The notes under the pieces are model-generated. The model saw only the letters and a program-made list of their open reading frames with translations, ran no database searches and was not told the DNA's origin. Shown here in pieces: positions 26,100 through 40,776 of a stretch of DNA of 64,000 bases. How positions within the stretch are numbered: position 1 is the stretch's first letter; the number at the start of each line of letters is the position of its first letter. The stretch spans positions 134,726,001 to 134,790,000 of the forward strand of contig OX597815.1 in NCBI GenBank assembly GCA_951406725.2. The letters are read 5' to 3'. This DNA is from Octopus vulgaris. Its lineage: Eukaryota. Both the position numbers and the translations under genes were made by a program.

Positions 26100-27050
26100 T
26101 ACAGTTTTTATATGTAATGCGTGAGCTGGTTGATTTCTTTATCTGAAAATGCTAGCTTATCCAGAAAAAAGATTCCAATTGTTATTGGAATAAATGTGAA
26201 TTTATACTCTAGATATTGAAGCTGGAGGTTTGAAAGCAGTTGTCTATAGTTACCCTCTTTCTCTTCGATTTCCAAAGAGATATTCACATGAACAGGACAA
26301 CTGCATACTTTTTTCTTGTCTGTCTTAAACAGCAACATCCGGCCGTTTATATTTACACTTGACAGGAGTTTTGATGGGAATGTTTCACTAATATTCCTTG
26401 TGTTGATGCTTGCGAATGTATTCAATAACAGGGGGATTCTCTATATTTATTCCAGGACAGTCATTTTTTCCGAATGGCATTTTATGTTGTTCTTGCAACA
26501 ACATCTTGTCACATAGAGAAGTAGTCGCTTGATGACATTTTTAGGTAGTTACTAACCACATGTGAGATGTCTTCCACATAATTATGATATGATCCATATT
26601 CTTGTTGCATCTTGACACTCCAAGGACTTCACTATCTCTTATATTTATTAGGTATTTCGTAGCATTCTCCTGTTCTTGTACTGCCAATGCATAGCCTTCA
26701 AAGTGTGATGTGATGTAGCGGCCAAGAGTCCAACAGAAGCTGCGCTTCTTGTAGACATCACTGACTTCTTCAATTCTTCGGAAAACATGGCGCTGTGTAG
26801 TCTTTCTCTTTCTTTTTTTGTATGTCGAGTGTTTCACATCCAGGTCTTCCTTGAGGTATGTTAGTTCAGCTGGTTTGGATTTAATGGGAGGTCAACAGGA
26901 AGAGAGTGCTTCCTAGGAAGTTCGATGGTAACTCGCGGGATGTTGTTCTCATCGCTTTTTAGCACTATGTTTATGTATTTACTTTTGCTGCTTTTGTTTA
27001 GCAAATGCTCCATGAGAGAGACTATACGACATTCGAAGGTCATCTGCACT
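26100..27050 (-). mobile_element. R4/Dong-like non-LTR retrotransposon 3' fragment (restriction-like endonuclease)
   Basis: ITSHFEGYALAVQEQENATKYL, PIKTPVKCKYKRPDVAV (RPD motif) and SCPVHVNISLEIEEKEGNY...FIPITIG. Confidence 0.8.
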
Positions 27051-27335
27051 GGTATGTGTGTATGTATGTATGTATGTATGTATGTATGTATGTATGTATG
27101 TATGTATGTATGTATGTATGTATGTATGTATGTATGTATGTATGTATGTGTATGTATGTATGTATGTATGTATGTATGTATGTATGTATGTATATGTATG
27201 TATGTATGTATGTATGTGTGTGTGTATGTATGTACGTATGTATGTATGTATGTATGTATGTGTGTGTATTGATGTATTATGTCTATCTATTTATCTGTCT
27301 GTCTGTCTGTTTGCATGTATGTATGTATGTATGCA
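27050..27335. repeat. Long (TATG)n microsatellite, representative of many tracts (e.g. 29295-29570, 38035-38490, 53733-54090; GA 14348-14462; CTAT 20712-20817 and 61007-61190)
   Basis: Direct inspection. Confidence 0.95.
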
Positions 27336-27529
27336 AATGCGCACCTGATGTGTAAGTACGAATACAGTATGTTTGTACGCATGGTGCAAGCATATACATG
27401 TATGAAAAATGAAAATGTACATACATTTGCTTATGCGTGCATATGTATGCATATGTATGTATATCATCCTATATGTAAGTACATGCAGGCGCACGCATAA
27501 CTATGAGTGTATATGCATGCATACATGTA

Positions 27530-28305
27530 TGTATGTACGTACGTACATTCTCTTGTGATTTTAGTTATTTGAAGTCTTCTTGTGAGGAAGGAGATGGTTT
27601 CTGGCAAAGCACAATGCTCTATGTTGGAACGCAGATAAGAAAATCAACATCTTTTGAACTTGAAAACTGTCTTGCATGTTTTTAGTGTCTTGCTTACAGA
27701 TTGTAGTTGTAATGTGCATGTCAGCTAGTTGATTTCTTCTTCTGAAAACCTTAGCTTTTCCAAATCGCCATTTAGGCATTTACGAACAAAACCAAGTGCA
27801 ACATTTATTTGTAGTATAAATTGTAAATTTATAATCTGGGTATAGAATCTGAACGTTTCGAAGCAGTTGTCCACAGCTATCCCCTTTCTCTTTGATTTTC
27901 GAAGAGATATTTCCATCATCAGGGCAGTTTCTTGTGTGTCCCAACAGCAATATTCGCCATGTTACGTTTGCACTTGTTAGAAGTTTTGATGGGAATGCTT
28001 GTGTATGTATTCAATGACAAGGAAATACTCTATATTTATTCCACGATTGTCAATTTTTCAGATGGCATTGATTTATTGTTTTAGCAACACTGTCATGTCA
28101 CACAGGGAGGTGATGAGATTTTGGGGCAACTGCTAATCACGTGTATGATGTCTGTCAGAGAAAAGCGATATATTCGGCATTCCGGTTGGATTTTTGGGAC
28201 CTAAGGGCTTCACTGTCTCTTTTGTTTTTAATGTAATTTATAGTAATATCTGGGCTTTGGATTATAAATACATAACCCTCAAAGTATGATATGATTTAGA
28301 GGCAT
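27530..28305 (-). mobile_element. Second, more decayed copy of the same R4/Dong-like family
   Basis: Colinear similarity to 26100-26720, e.g. GTTTTGATGGGAATG, CTCTATATTTATTCCA and TCTGAAAA...TAGCTT.TCCA. Confidence 0.7.
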
Positions 28306-28590
28306 GTATGCGTATAAATATGTATACACGTATGTATATATAAATATGTATATATGGAAATTCATGCATATATATATATATGTGTGTGTGTCTGTGTGTG
28401 TCTACATATATATAAAGAGTACAAATAAAATTGCATCAAATGACATAATATAATAAGGATATACAATAAAGGCTCAAGTTGGCTTACCACCTAAAACTTC
28501 GACCTGAATTGTGACTAAACCAGAAATAAGTATTGTAGCTGCTTATCAATGAATAACTAAAAGTGGTTCATCAATGCGCGAGTCGATATA

Positions 28591-28905
28591 CAGGTCGTCG
28601 TCGACTTACGACCACAGTTGGTTTCGACTGACTGGTCGTAAGTCGACTTGGTCGTAAGTCGGCCTATAGGCCTACATAGCTTTGTTTCATATTTTTACAT
28701 TCTTAAGGTAGATTCTCAGGTAAAAGTCACTCACAGCATTCTGTATTATACTATTATACTGGCGTTAGTCAAACATTTCTGAGTGTCAAGCAGTCGTCTT
28801 ATAAACAAATACGAGGTTGCTTCGATGTCTCCGCGACAGGATAGTCATCCAACACAGTGGCGATCGATAACCAAACCTTAGAGGAGCGTTGTGATTCAAG
28901 CACGG
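28591..28905. mobile_element. pogo/Tigger-like transposon end
   Basis: TA-CAGGTCGTCGTCGACTTACGACC followed by two inverted subterminal GGTCGTAAGTCG repeats. The second end was not found. Confidence 0.6.
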
Positions 28906-28913
28906 TGTGTGTG

Positions 28914-28958
<45 letters not shown>

Positions 28959-29390
28959 ACGGGGTGGGTGGGCAGACAATTTATAAAAAATGTTCGGATG
29001 AAGGCCATAGGATAGAGAGTTAATTTGAATAAGGTTATATACGGTGTCAGCTATAAAAATAGTTGTGAAAATGTAAGTCCAGTTTGAGTTAAGAAAATAC
29101 TATGTTAATAGTATAAAGTGAAGTATAAAGGAGTAAAAAAAAAATTAAGTGAATTAAATAAGGTAAATGCATTAATTAAATTTAACTAGTATAAGCTACG
29201 TGAAGAATGAAAAAAATATTAAGTAGTCGCTATAGAATTAATACATACATATACATACACAGACACACGCATGCTTGCATACATACAGATATTCACACAC
29301 ATACATACATACATACATACATACATACATACATACATACATACATACATACATACATACATACATACATACATACATACATACATACAT

Positions 29391-29425
<35 letters not shown>

Positions 29426-29889
29426 TACACATACATACATACATACATACATACATACATACATACATACATACATACATACATACATACATACATACAT
29501 ACATACATACATACATACATACATACATACATACATACATACATACATACATACATACATACATACAGACAGACAGACAGTCATACACACATGCATACAT
29601 CTTTGATGAGATCTGGTATGTTATAGTCGAAGATTCTTATACTGATCTCCATAGTTAGAAAGGTGAAAGATCACAGAGTACGCATAGAAAATATTATGTG
29701 TGCTCGTAAACTCATTAGTGACGTCATCTTAAGGATTTCATTAATATTTAATATCCGTTATATATACAAAAACCTTATGTGGGGATCAAGATAATGGACC
29801 GTGTATATGTGTATATACAAATACATAAATGTAAAAACATACGTATTCCGAAGTTCCATAGTTAAATATGTGTGTGTATGTGTGTGTAT

Positions 29890-29950
<61 letters not shown>

Positions 29951-30243
29951 TGTGTGTGTGTATGTAAATATGAAGTACTGCGTTTATATAAGGGTAAATA
30001 TAGAAGTATAAAAAATAGATATCAATATGTATGTACGCATACACACACACACACACACACAAATTTATTTCTATTAATGCGTAAGTATGTGTATATATAT
30101 ATATGTGTGTGTGTGTTTGTGCGTCTATGTAGGTGTGTTTGTATATGTATGCGTGTAGATTGTATGTACGAATGTGTGTATATGTATGCACACACAATGT
30201 ATATATATATGCACATGTTTGTGTTTGTGTTCATATATATATC

Positions 30244-30306
<63 letters not shown>

Positions 30307-30308
<2 letters not shown>

Positions 30309-30445
30309 GGAGTAAACACATAAATGTGAAACAAGGTGGAAAAAAGAGTACTCAAATACCAGTGGTAGAGTAATATGCTTTATTTAAAGCAGCAGAAAAT
30401 TCAACAAAACCTGTTACTCTGAGTTTCCCGTTGCCGTTCATCGGA

Positions 30446-30450
<5 letters not shown>
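30307..30450 (-). mobile_element. 144-bp hammerhead-bearing module between (TA)n tracts
   Basis: Bounded by TA tracts on both sides. On the minus strand it starts with the ribozyme motif, followed by AATAAA and a T-rich end. Confidence 0.7.
30411..30448 (-). ncRNA. Minimal hammerhead with CCGA core variant
   Basis: CTGT-CCGATGA-A-CG-GCAA-CG-G-GAAA-CTC-A-GAG-TA-ACAG. Stem I CTGT/ACAG, GNRA-capped stem II, stem III ACTC/GAGT, U4 replaced by C. Confidence 0.7.
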
Positions 30451-30490
<40 letters not shown>

Positions 30491-30491
<1 letters not shown>

Positions 30492-30970
30492 CCTCTTAAT
30501 GTGTTTTAATGTACACTGTATTTTATATGAATAATATATAGTCTATTGACTCATTTTTTACGCTAGGCCACTGGTAGTAAAAATTTCTAAAATTTTTATT
30601 ACCCTGATATTATTAATTATGTATAATGATTTCTGGTAGATTCGTTCGAAGATTTTTGCCGCCATTTTCCTGCTGCCGACAAAAAAGATGCGACTGCGCA
30701 GTGGATTTGAAGACAATTTAAATGTATAAGCGATGAGACACATGCTGGATTGGTCTCGTTGTTTATATATTTAGTCTATGACGTCCCTGTTGATAAAGAC
30801 TTCGCCTAGTAAATAATAATTTTTATTTACTAAAATAAGTCAGAAACCATGGCCCAGGAAATACATGGTAAATGTTTTATTTTTCATTCCCTTCGAGAAT
30901 TTATGCCTAATTAGTGGTTTGGACTTTAACTGTTCTTTCTAGCGTAATAGGACTTTAATGTACACTGTAT
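30491..30970 (+). mobile_element. 480-bp module with 17-bp terminal direct repeat and a decayed hammerhead (30786-30858)
   Basis: TTTAATGTACACTGTAT at 30505-30521 and 30954-30970. Motif CCTG-TTGATAA-A-GACTT..TAGTAAATAA..TTATTTACTA..AAGTC-A-GAAA-CCATGG-CC-CAGG. TA tracts on both sides. Confidence 0.7.
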
Positions 30971-30978
30971 ATATATAT

Positions 30979-31014
<36 letters not shown>

Positions 31015-31270
31015 TGATTTTGATTTTTCCAGTTTCAGCTCATGAGCTGTGACCATTCTGGGGCACCGCCATTTGGTTTGCTACATGATTTTACCTCACG
31101 AATGCTTTTTTGCAACTGCCATTTGGTGCATGAGAGAGTTCGATGCAGCTGCCCTCATCTGCACCTCCTGCCGTGAAGTTGGTTCATCCGGGACACCTGA
31201 CAGGAAGAGATCCAGTCCTACTTTAAAGACATCCGCATCTACACCATGCAGGTCCCTCAGGTATATTGTG
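31015..31270 (-). mobile_element. CR1/L2-group LINE 3' end
   Basis: LRDLHGVDADVFKVGLDLFLSGVPDEP...RAAASNSLMHQ resembles the FK..LD.FL C-terminus; short UTR and AAATC-repeat tail. Confidence 0.7.
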
Positions 31271-31628
31271 TGCAAAAACATCCTGATGAAAGGAGTGTCA
31301 GTTTTGAAAATATGAAATACATCATATTACTTGGCATGTCTCTGAAACGGCCTGTAGATAGAACTTTAAATTTTTGTATTATTTTTCGGAGGATTTTAAT
31401 ACGTCCTTTTAATGTTTTATCAACTCAAATTTTTAATTACATCAATGTTTTATAACTGTAAATTCACTGTGTTTTATGTATAACACTGATTTTTATCTAT
31501 TTATGTATATTGGTATACTTATATTTATATGTGTGTCTATGTATGTGTATATATTTATGTGTGTGTATGCATATATATATGTATGTATGCATGTATGGTT
31601 GTATGTATGTATCTATCTCTCTCTCTCA

Positions 31629-31663
<35 letters not shown>

Positions 31664-31829
31664 CATATATATATACGTACATGTGTGTATATATTGAGAG
31701 AGAGAGAGATGAAGAGTCCATGTCCATGCAGATAAATGGTAGCTGGTTGTTCAATAACCAGACGCGAATGATATGTAGAGTTACTCTGCCGTGATATTTG
31801 ACCCATCGTAACACAGTAGTTATAGTTGA

Positions 31830-32035
31830 TAACCCTTTTTACTTAAGGCAAAAGGCCTGAAATTTCGGGGGAATGTGAAAGTTGATTAGATCGACACCAC
31901 TACGCATCTGGTACTCAATTTATCGACCCCGAAAGGATGAAAAGCAAAGTCGATCTCGGCGTGCTACGATTTGCCTGCTCGCCGACTTAGTTATAGTCAA
32001 TAACCTTTTCTACTCTGGGCACAAGGACCGAAATA
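31830..32035 (-). mobile_element. SINE family A fragments
   Basis: TATCGACCCCGAAAGGATGAAAAGCAAAGTCGA plus a duplicated tail. Confidence 0.7.
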
Positions 32036-32066
32036 TTAAACTAAATGTTACACACACACACGCACG

Positions 32067-32126
<60 letters not shown>

Positions 32127-32229
32127 CACACGCATTTGTGCAATGGGTTCACCGGGTATTTGTGATAAAAAAAATTTACGGGTCATAAGTGGAAGACGGT
32201 CCAACGTAAAGTTATTAGGCATGCACCAA

Positions 32230-32640
32230 ATTTTAACTTTCTCATTTCTTTTCCAGACTTATCGACAACATCAACATAGAAAATTGCAATTTGAAGCAGA
32301 AAATGAAAAGTTAAGTAATGCTGGTAGCTCTAGCACCAGCAACTCAGACATTGCGATCTTTTGACTGGGGTCAGGTTTTTCGTGTTCAAAGTCGGGTAAG
32401 AGCGGACGGCTTCTGTTGGGACGTCATCTGTGACGAGGAAAAAGAAACCTTAGCTATCAGTCGCACAAGAGCGGTCCAGGTCGTTCTATAGGTGATTCAT
32501 CAGCAACAACCCTATAGCAGGCCGAGGAGGGCCATCGGAAGCGGACCAAGTCCACTATCAGATATGTGGTGCGCAACGGTATCAAGTACAAGTCCTATGT
32601 GATAAAAAGAAGGCAAACGGATGTAAGATTCAATAGGGCA
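32230..32640 (+). mobile_element. Tc1/mariner (maT-like) transposase N-terminal relic
   Basis: NSDIAIF..VFKV and STIRYVVRNGIKYKSYVIKRRQ resemble TIRRVVHED(I/L)RYKSY.....Q of maT-type transposases. Frameshifted. Confidence 0.6.
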
Positions 32641-34111
32641 GAACTTCTCAAACAATTTGATATGGCGTATCGGCTGTTTTTTTCCCCAATGTGCCAGGCA
32701 CCGGTGATATTCCTTAGTAATATTAATATATACATATATATAAACAATATATATACTGAATATGATAAAAGTTGACAATTTTTAAATCTTATATTTATTT
32801 TGTAAACAAATAATACAATATTACATAAGCATTTTATAAGAATTTTATAATATTTCTTTCTTTTCTGGAAACTCACCGCGTACCGGCAGTTGATGGCTCG
32901 CTGACTGGCACCGGCCCGCGGACCACTACTTTGGAGGAGAGGACAAACTTAACAGTCTATACCTGCCAACACCCGACAAGGGTGTGACAGTCTCTACTTG
33001 ATTCTGACATTCAGTTTTTCTATGGCTTCACGGGCGCGATCTTTGGGGCTGAGTTTGGTTTTATTGAGGTAGTACGTATAGAGAGCGACGGACAAAATGT
33101 AGCTTGCCTGTGTAGAAAAGCAGAGAACGTTGTATTGTCATTAGAAGAAACAGGGAGAGAGTTTGCTAAATGAAATAACAAATTAAAAAAAAAGTTAGTA
33201 AAAAACGAAAAAGGCACATTTGATAATGCCGTTCTTGATGCACTATGACTAAAACAAAGATAGTAAAGCCATTGTTGGAAAGTCATTGATCATAGGAATG
33301 CTCGATCAGAGAAGAGGTTTGACTAAACAACAATAGAAAACGAAAAACGTGTAAGTAGTTTAGTGGTTGGCATATGTTTGAGAGTTTCTCATTGTCAATC
33401 TACCAAATAAACATTTTGGATGTATTCTAAGATTTTATTGTTGTTCTTGATCAAATAGATGTCAGCCGTGGCCATCTCGAATTTACATACATAGCTTACC
33501 GTAGACTACGTGAGCTAATATACTCTTTCTGTTTTCATAGGCGACAGAGTGCAATTTCAGAGAGATTTCACTATTATTTCTAGCACAGGAAGTGATAATG
33601 TAGGGGCAGTCACGTGAGTTCGTGATCTAGGATGTTTGCATGTGAAGCAGTAGCGTTGCTTCAGACACAGTAATAAATTATTACATAGGGACCAGGCCAC
33701 GAATGTTAAGGGAGTATATTCTTTCAATCGCCCGATCCCAGTCCTTCAATGCTGCTTAATTTTTTCGATCCCAAGATAATGAAATTCAAAGACGAGCCTG
33801 ATGGTATTTGAACTCGGAATGTAAAAGGGACGTAACTTCAAACGGCAAACCATTTTGTCCGTCGCTCTCTATTAATTCTGTCACTCTCAAAATCGTCTGC
33901 ATGTGAACTAACCGAGCAGCAATGAGTGGACATGAACTGTCAATCCCTTATTGGTTGATAGACTGAAAGGCGGGCAGTCACTTTATCGAGCTCACCATCT
34001 TCGTCCGCTTTTGTTTGTACTCGACCATTATAACACGCCATAACACCAGAATCACTATGATCTTGATTACTTTTGCTTCAACAATGTTTGTGTGTGTGTG
34101 CTTGTATGTAT

Positions 34112-35049
<938 letters not shown>

Positions 35050-36747
35050 CATGCAGTCGTGTGAATATGCGTGTGCTGAAACAGAAGTTCGACGAAGACT
35101 TCCAAAACAAGACGCCATGTAAATTAAACCACTGAAGGATTGTCTTCTTTTCCATCTTCCGTTTTCCCTTCGCCTCATCTCCTGTCTTTAGCGTGGGTTG
35201 ATTGAAAAGTGATGGGAACTTGATTATTTCTTTCTGTCATTTCTCCTCGAAAAGAATAAAACAAACAAAGGATTTCTGCTGTTGTTGTTATTGTTATTGT
35301 CATAGGCGTTATTGTTGTTGTTGGTGGTGATAATAGTCATAGCACTTATTAATCTTGTTTTTCTAGTAGTGTTGATATTGTGGCGTTTGTTCGGTAAAGA
35401 GATGTTATTAAGCATTATCAAGTAATCCGTATCAAGCAGATCTATTCCAGCTGTAACCATCTCGGTTTTTTTTTCTTTTTAGATAAAGCGCATCTCAGTC
35501 TGCATTATCCAGTTTGTTTTAACACGGTTGGGTGTGATTTGCAGAAGCGTTAGCTGCTATTTCTAGAAGCATCTATGTAAGTGCTTCATCGTTGATTTGT
35601 TGTGGCGATGATGTTGTTATATGGCATTTGTAGTACCATAGTTTGTGAGCATCGTTATAGTGGTGGTGGTTGTGTTAACGCTGGAAATCGTTCTGTTGAT
35701 AGAAACAGCAGTTGATATTGATGTCACCGTTTAAATACCAAGTCAACCCTGGTCGAGCGCATCTACGATCAAAGGCTTTTCAGCTGTAGCCAAGGCCCTC
35801 CTACTCGTATATAAAATTCCATCAAGAATAAAGTTATTCAGCATACATGTGCAAAGTTATTTCCGTGCCAGAGTCGGTCTCATCAACAATCCAAGGACAT
35901 ATCAAACTCAGTCAATCACATAGCTAAAGACATAATGATAATCGATTACCCATGGATAAACACGTCTAGGACTACATTATCCAATATGTCTTTTATTTTT
36001 CAAAAAAAAAAAAAAAGACAGTAGAATGTGATTTTTGCGTTATTTACCTGTTGATTTTAGAATGACCATGTAAAAGTCCCCTTATACCAGTCGAAAGAGT
36101 TTTATACGAACGATCGACATTTTAGAAGCAGCAGCCAACTCTCCCTCAGATCACACTTTGTCGTCTTAACAAAAAAGACAGAGGTTACAGATTTAGAGAG
36201 AATTATTGCTGTTGTTGTTTGACCCTAGGTCAACCATGATCGCAAAATCATCTGATCAAAGGCATTCTTATCAAGGCCCATCTTGTGGTTTTGAGAGTAT
36301 ATAGTATTACATTATCTAATATACCCAGTCCTTACAGTAGACCAGAGCATGGGCAACCCTTTTTCGAGAGGTGAACCGCATGAGATATGGTTCATCATGT
36401 AGGTCGCACTATTAACCCCCCCCCCAAAAAAAAAAAGAAACAAAAAACTGAAGGAAACATTTCGCTTGGTGTGCCACTCAGAAAGTTACGCTGGTCGTAA
36501 ATTGTCAACAACTGCATTTGATTGCAGGGCGTGATTTGAGAGGAAATCGGTTGCTAGTTCTTGCAGGTCGAGAGCCCCACCCGCTTTTGGGACTTTTCAT
36601 TGGACAGTAGTGTTCAAGGTATTGGTTATAGGGATGGCAGTGGTGCTGATGTGGGGAATGTTGTTGATGAGAATGGAGTTAGTTGTATTTATTTATATTT
36701 GTGCTAAATATAGTGATTTTTATGGCATTAGTTATTAGTGTTAAACA

Positions 36748-37126
36748 AGGCGGCGAGCTGGCAGAATCGTTAGCATGCTGGGCAAAATGCTTAGAAGCAT
36801 TTCGTCCGTCATTACGTTCTGGGTTCAAATTCCACTGAGGTTACTTTGCCTTTCATCCTTACGGGGTCTATAAAATAATTATCAGTTGAGCCCTGGGGTC
36901 GATGTAATCGACTTCATCCACCTCCAATATTGCTGGCCTCGTGCTAAAACTTTGAAATCAATAATAAGCGCTAAACAAAATACTTTGCGCCATTTTGACT
37001 GACCTTATGTTTTGAGTTTAAATGCCGCTGATGTTGACTTTGCTTTTCATTCTTTCAGGGTCGTTAGAATATGTACCAGTTGAAATTGCTGGCCTTGTAC
37101 CAAAATTTGAAATCAATAATAAGCGC
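36748..37126 (+). mobile_element. SINE family A with partial tandem duplication
   Basis: AGGCGGCGAGCTGGCAGAATCGTTAGC head; the TTTGAAATCAATAATAAGCGCTAA tail occurs twice. Confidence 0.8.
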
Positions 37127-37694
37127 TAATGGTTGTGGTGGTAGTAGAGATGGTAGACACGATTGTTGTGTTAACGATGGTAATGGCAGATATAGGAATA
37201 AAGTTCTTGTGGTAATAATGATTTGTGGTGGAATCTTCAGTAAAAGTGATTGTGGTGGCTATGGTCATTGATATAAAGGCAACGAGAATAATGATTACGA
37301 TGAATGAATGCAGTGATGGTAAAGGCAGTGGTGATGCTGTTGGTGGTAATGATAGTAATGGTGGTGGCGCTGATGGTGTCGTTATTGTTATTGTTGTTGT
37401 TGGTGGTGGTGGTGGTGTTGGTGGTGGTGGTAGTAGTGGTTGTAGTAGTGATGGTAGTGTGTCAATGAAAACACTATCTCTTCCTATCTATTTCCTTATG
37501 TCTCACAGTTTCTGCAGTTTTAACACAAGGAAAGAAGATAAAGATTCAGAGATTGAAACTAATAGCTGAAAATGAAATTAAACGATTGAAATAACATATA
37601 AATAAATAAGGTAGAAGAAACAAAATCAAAACAAAGAAAGCGAAACAGACAGAATGAGAAAGGAAAAGTAACATACATGATACACGCGTGCCAC

Positions 37695-37731
<37 letters not shown>

Positions 37732-37906
37732 ATGGAGAGAAAGAGAGAGGAAGAGAGGAAGAGAGGGGGAGGGAAAGGGTCTTTGGTGTGATAACTGCTT
37801 AATCTAACAGCTTATTTAAACATAACGCAATTACTTCTAAAGCCAATTTAGGACCGTCTCCACATCTCTTGTTACGTGTAGTTTCTCTTCTTTTTATTTA
37901 TGTTTT

Positions 37907-38006
<100 letters not shown>

Positions 38007-39782
38007 TATACATGTGTGTGTGTGTGGATGTAAATGTGTATGTATGTAGATGTGTATGTATGTATGTATGTATGTATGTATGTATGTATGTATGTACGTG
38101 TATGTGTGTATATGTATGTATGTATGTAACCATGTATGTATGTACGTATGTATGTATGTATGCATGTATGTGCGTGTATATATTTATGTGTGCATCTCTG
38201 TATGCGTATATGCAGGTATATATGAATGGGTATATCTGTATGTACTTTTGCATGCATATTTGCCTGAAAATAACAGGCGTATGCATACATATATATGCAT
38301 GCATAAAAAATTTATATACAAAAACACGTACATAATCATCCGCAAATGTATGTGTGTATATATGCATGCATGCATGTATGTATATGTCTGTCTGTATGTA
38401 TGTATGTATGTATGTATGTATGTATGTATGTATGTATGTATGTATGTATGTATGTATGCATGCATGTATGTATGCATGCATGTATGTATGTATTTCAATA
38501 TATGTGTATATTTATGTGTATGTGTGTATTTAATTATGTATATCTTGAAATTGAAGGTCTTAACAGATTTTAAATTTATTTAAAAAAAGATAACGTCTTG
38601 TTTGCGTCATTCATTTTGTATGTTCTATGATTGTGTGTGAATATATATGAGGGTAATTTTCAGTATATGTTTGCGTGTACGTGTATGAGTGTGTATATGT
38701 ATGTGTGTTTGTGTGTGTGTGTGTGTGCACGTGCTTATTCTGTAAATGTTTGTTTTGATGCTTCTCATTGGAAGTTATTGCATATCATTGTTCCTTATTT
38801 TTTCCTCTCCCTGCGGCCACTTTTTTTGCCGAAACTCTTTCACTCTTATAAAATCCAATCGATAATAAAGGAATATACTGTCCGTGAAATTGTTATTATA
38901 AAAAATTCTAATAAGACACTAATTTAGAAAATATGAGACAACGTAGATTCAACATTAGACTACACAAAAATATTTTCCCGTATCAAAAAGTATTTTACAG
39001 TGATGTACTTTCATAATATGTGTTTTGATCTGAGTTAGTGTGCAGAAATTAAAGCGATTGTAAGGCGGAAGACACAAGTTAGTCAATCAGAAACACGCAA
39101 AAGCCATCAACTTCGTTTAATTTAGTGTAAAAGTTTTTCGTTACTCGAAACTGAAATCTGTTCTCTAACAAAATTTGCTGCTGCTTCTCTGCTGAGACAC
39201 AGTAGAACAGATCGCAGTTTCGAGTGACGAACATTTTTGGCGTCAAATTACAAATAAATATTCAAGTGAAGTTGGTAGTCTTTGTTTCTGAATGGCTGAT
39301 TTGTGCCTTCCACGCTGCAAAACGTATATTACATTACACTTTATTATATTATATCATTATGCAATGTATTATTTTCAGTGGAATGGATATGCTTGCTTCA
39401 GGAAAATACATCAAATTGTATTTTGATATTTATATGATTTCTGTTAATTTCTATGTTTTTAACTAGCAGAGCGGAATTTTATCTTTATTGCCGTTAAAAT
39501 TTAAAATGCAAGTTCATATGGACGGAAACGGCAGAAAAGCTGCCATTGTTAATTTGGATAGTATTGAAAACTTTGATTTCGTACTCAGTCAAAAAATCGC
39601 TCAAGTTGCTTTTGAAAACTCAAATTTAAGACTTGAAATTCTTGGTAGCTTCAAGAATTCTTCTTGAGAATTAAAAAAAAAACGATTGGATCCAATTTAA
39701 TACATACTTATCTATGTCTGATAGAAAATATTTGCAGAACTGCTTTTCTATACATACCAAATGCTCGACTATGATCTTCTTA

Positions 39783-39960
39783 ACTGAACTATTAAATTGA
39801 TTTGTTCACAAAAATAATAAGGCAACAGGAAGTACGAAATGTCAAATTTCATATATCTTGTTCTAATTCATTAGAACAAAATATATGAAATTTATCATTT
39901 TGTACTTCCTGTTGCTATATTATTCTTGCTATGACCAATTGAATTTTACTGTTCAAAGTG
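39783..39960. repeat. Long AT-rich imperfect hairpin (palindromic MITE-like)
   Basis: Inner arms GCAACAGGAAGTACGAAATGTCAAATTTCATATATCTTGTTCTAAT / ATTAGAACAAAATATATGAAATTTATCATTTTGTACTTCCTGTTGC around a 2-nt loop at 39868-39869. Confidence 0.85.
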
Positions 39961-40692
39961 AAAATATTTATATGTCCTTGCAGGGACATATACATTTTCT
40001 TAATCGTCTCTAATAAGTCTGAAAAAATGACATAGCGAACTTTCACTGTGACAGATTATTTAATTTCTGATAAAACATTATTCGTTTTCTTATGCAAATT
40101 CACAAAACCCATGTGACAAGTAACATTATGCATTTAATTTGTATTATATAGAAGTCAACAACTTGTTATAATATAAGATGTAAAATATGATATAAAATCA
40201 TAAATGCAAAATGTAAAATACATGGAGTGGAACAAAATGCTGTTTACGTTGACCTTGTATGGTAGCAGAAAAAGACATAAGGTGTGTGGTTGTAACATTG
40301 CATCAAAATAATTGTGTTACCTTGTAAGTATGGCTGAATTTGATGCATAAAATCTGGGAGTATAAGTTTAGCTATATAAATCTTCGCTATATAACTAATC
40401 GAATCTATCTGGAAGATGCGAGACGTATTTTCTGATCTTTTCGAGAAAACCATAACACTTCTTTCTTTCTCGTAAATCTTTTACAAGTTGACATCGCTAA
40501 TAGTAGTATCACTGAAAGAAACACCACTTTGCTAAGTGTTTGTCGCTAGGAAGAGCATCAAACTGTAGAAATCAAGCTAAAACTGAGACACTGAAGTTAA
40601 GCATTTTACCCGTTGTGCTCACGATTCTGTTTGTTCACAGCCCTAATACTAATAATAATAACAACAACAACAACATTAATAATAATAATAAT

Positions 40693-40757
<65 letters not shown>

Positions 40758-40776
40758 GATGATGATGATGATAATA

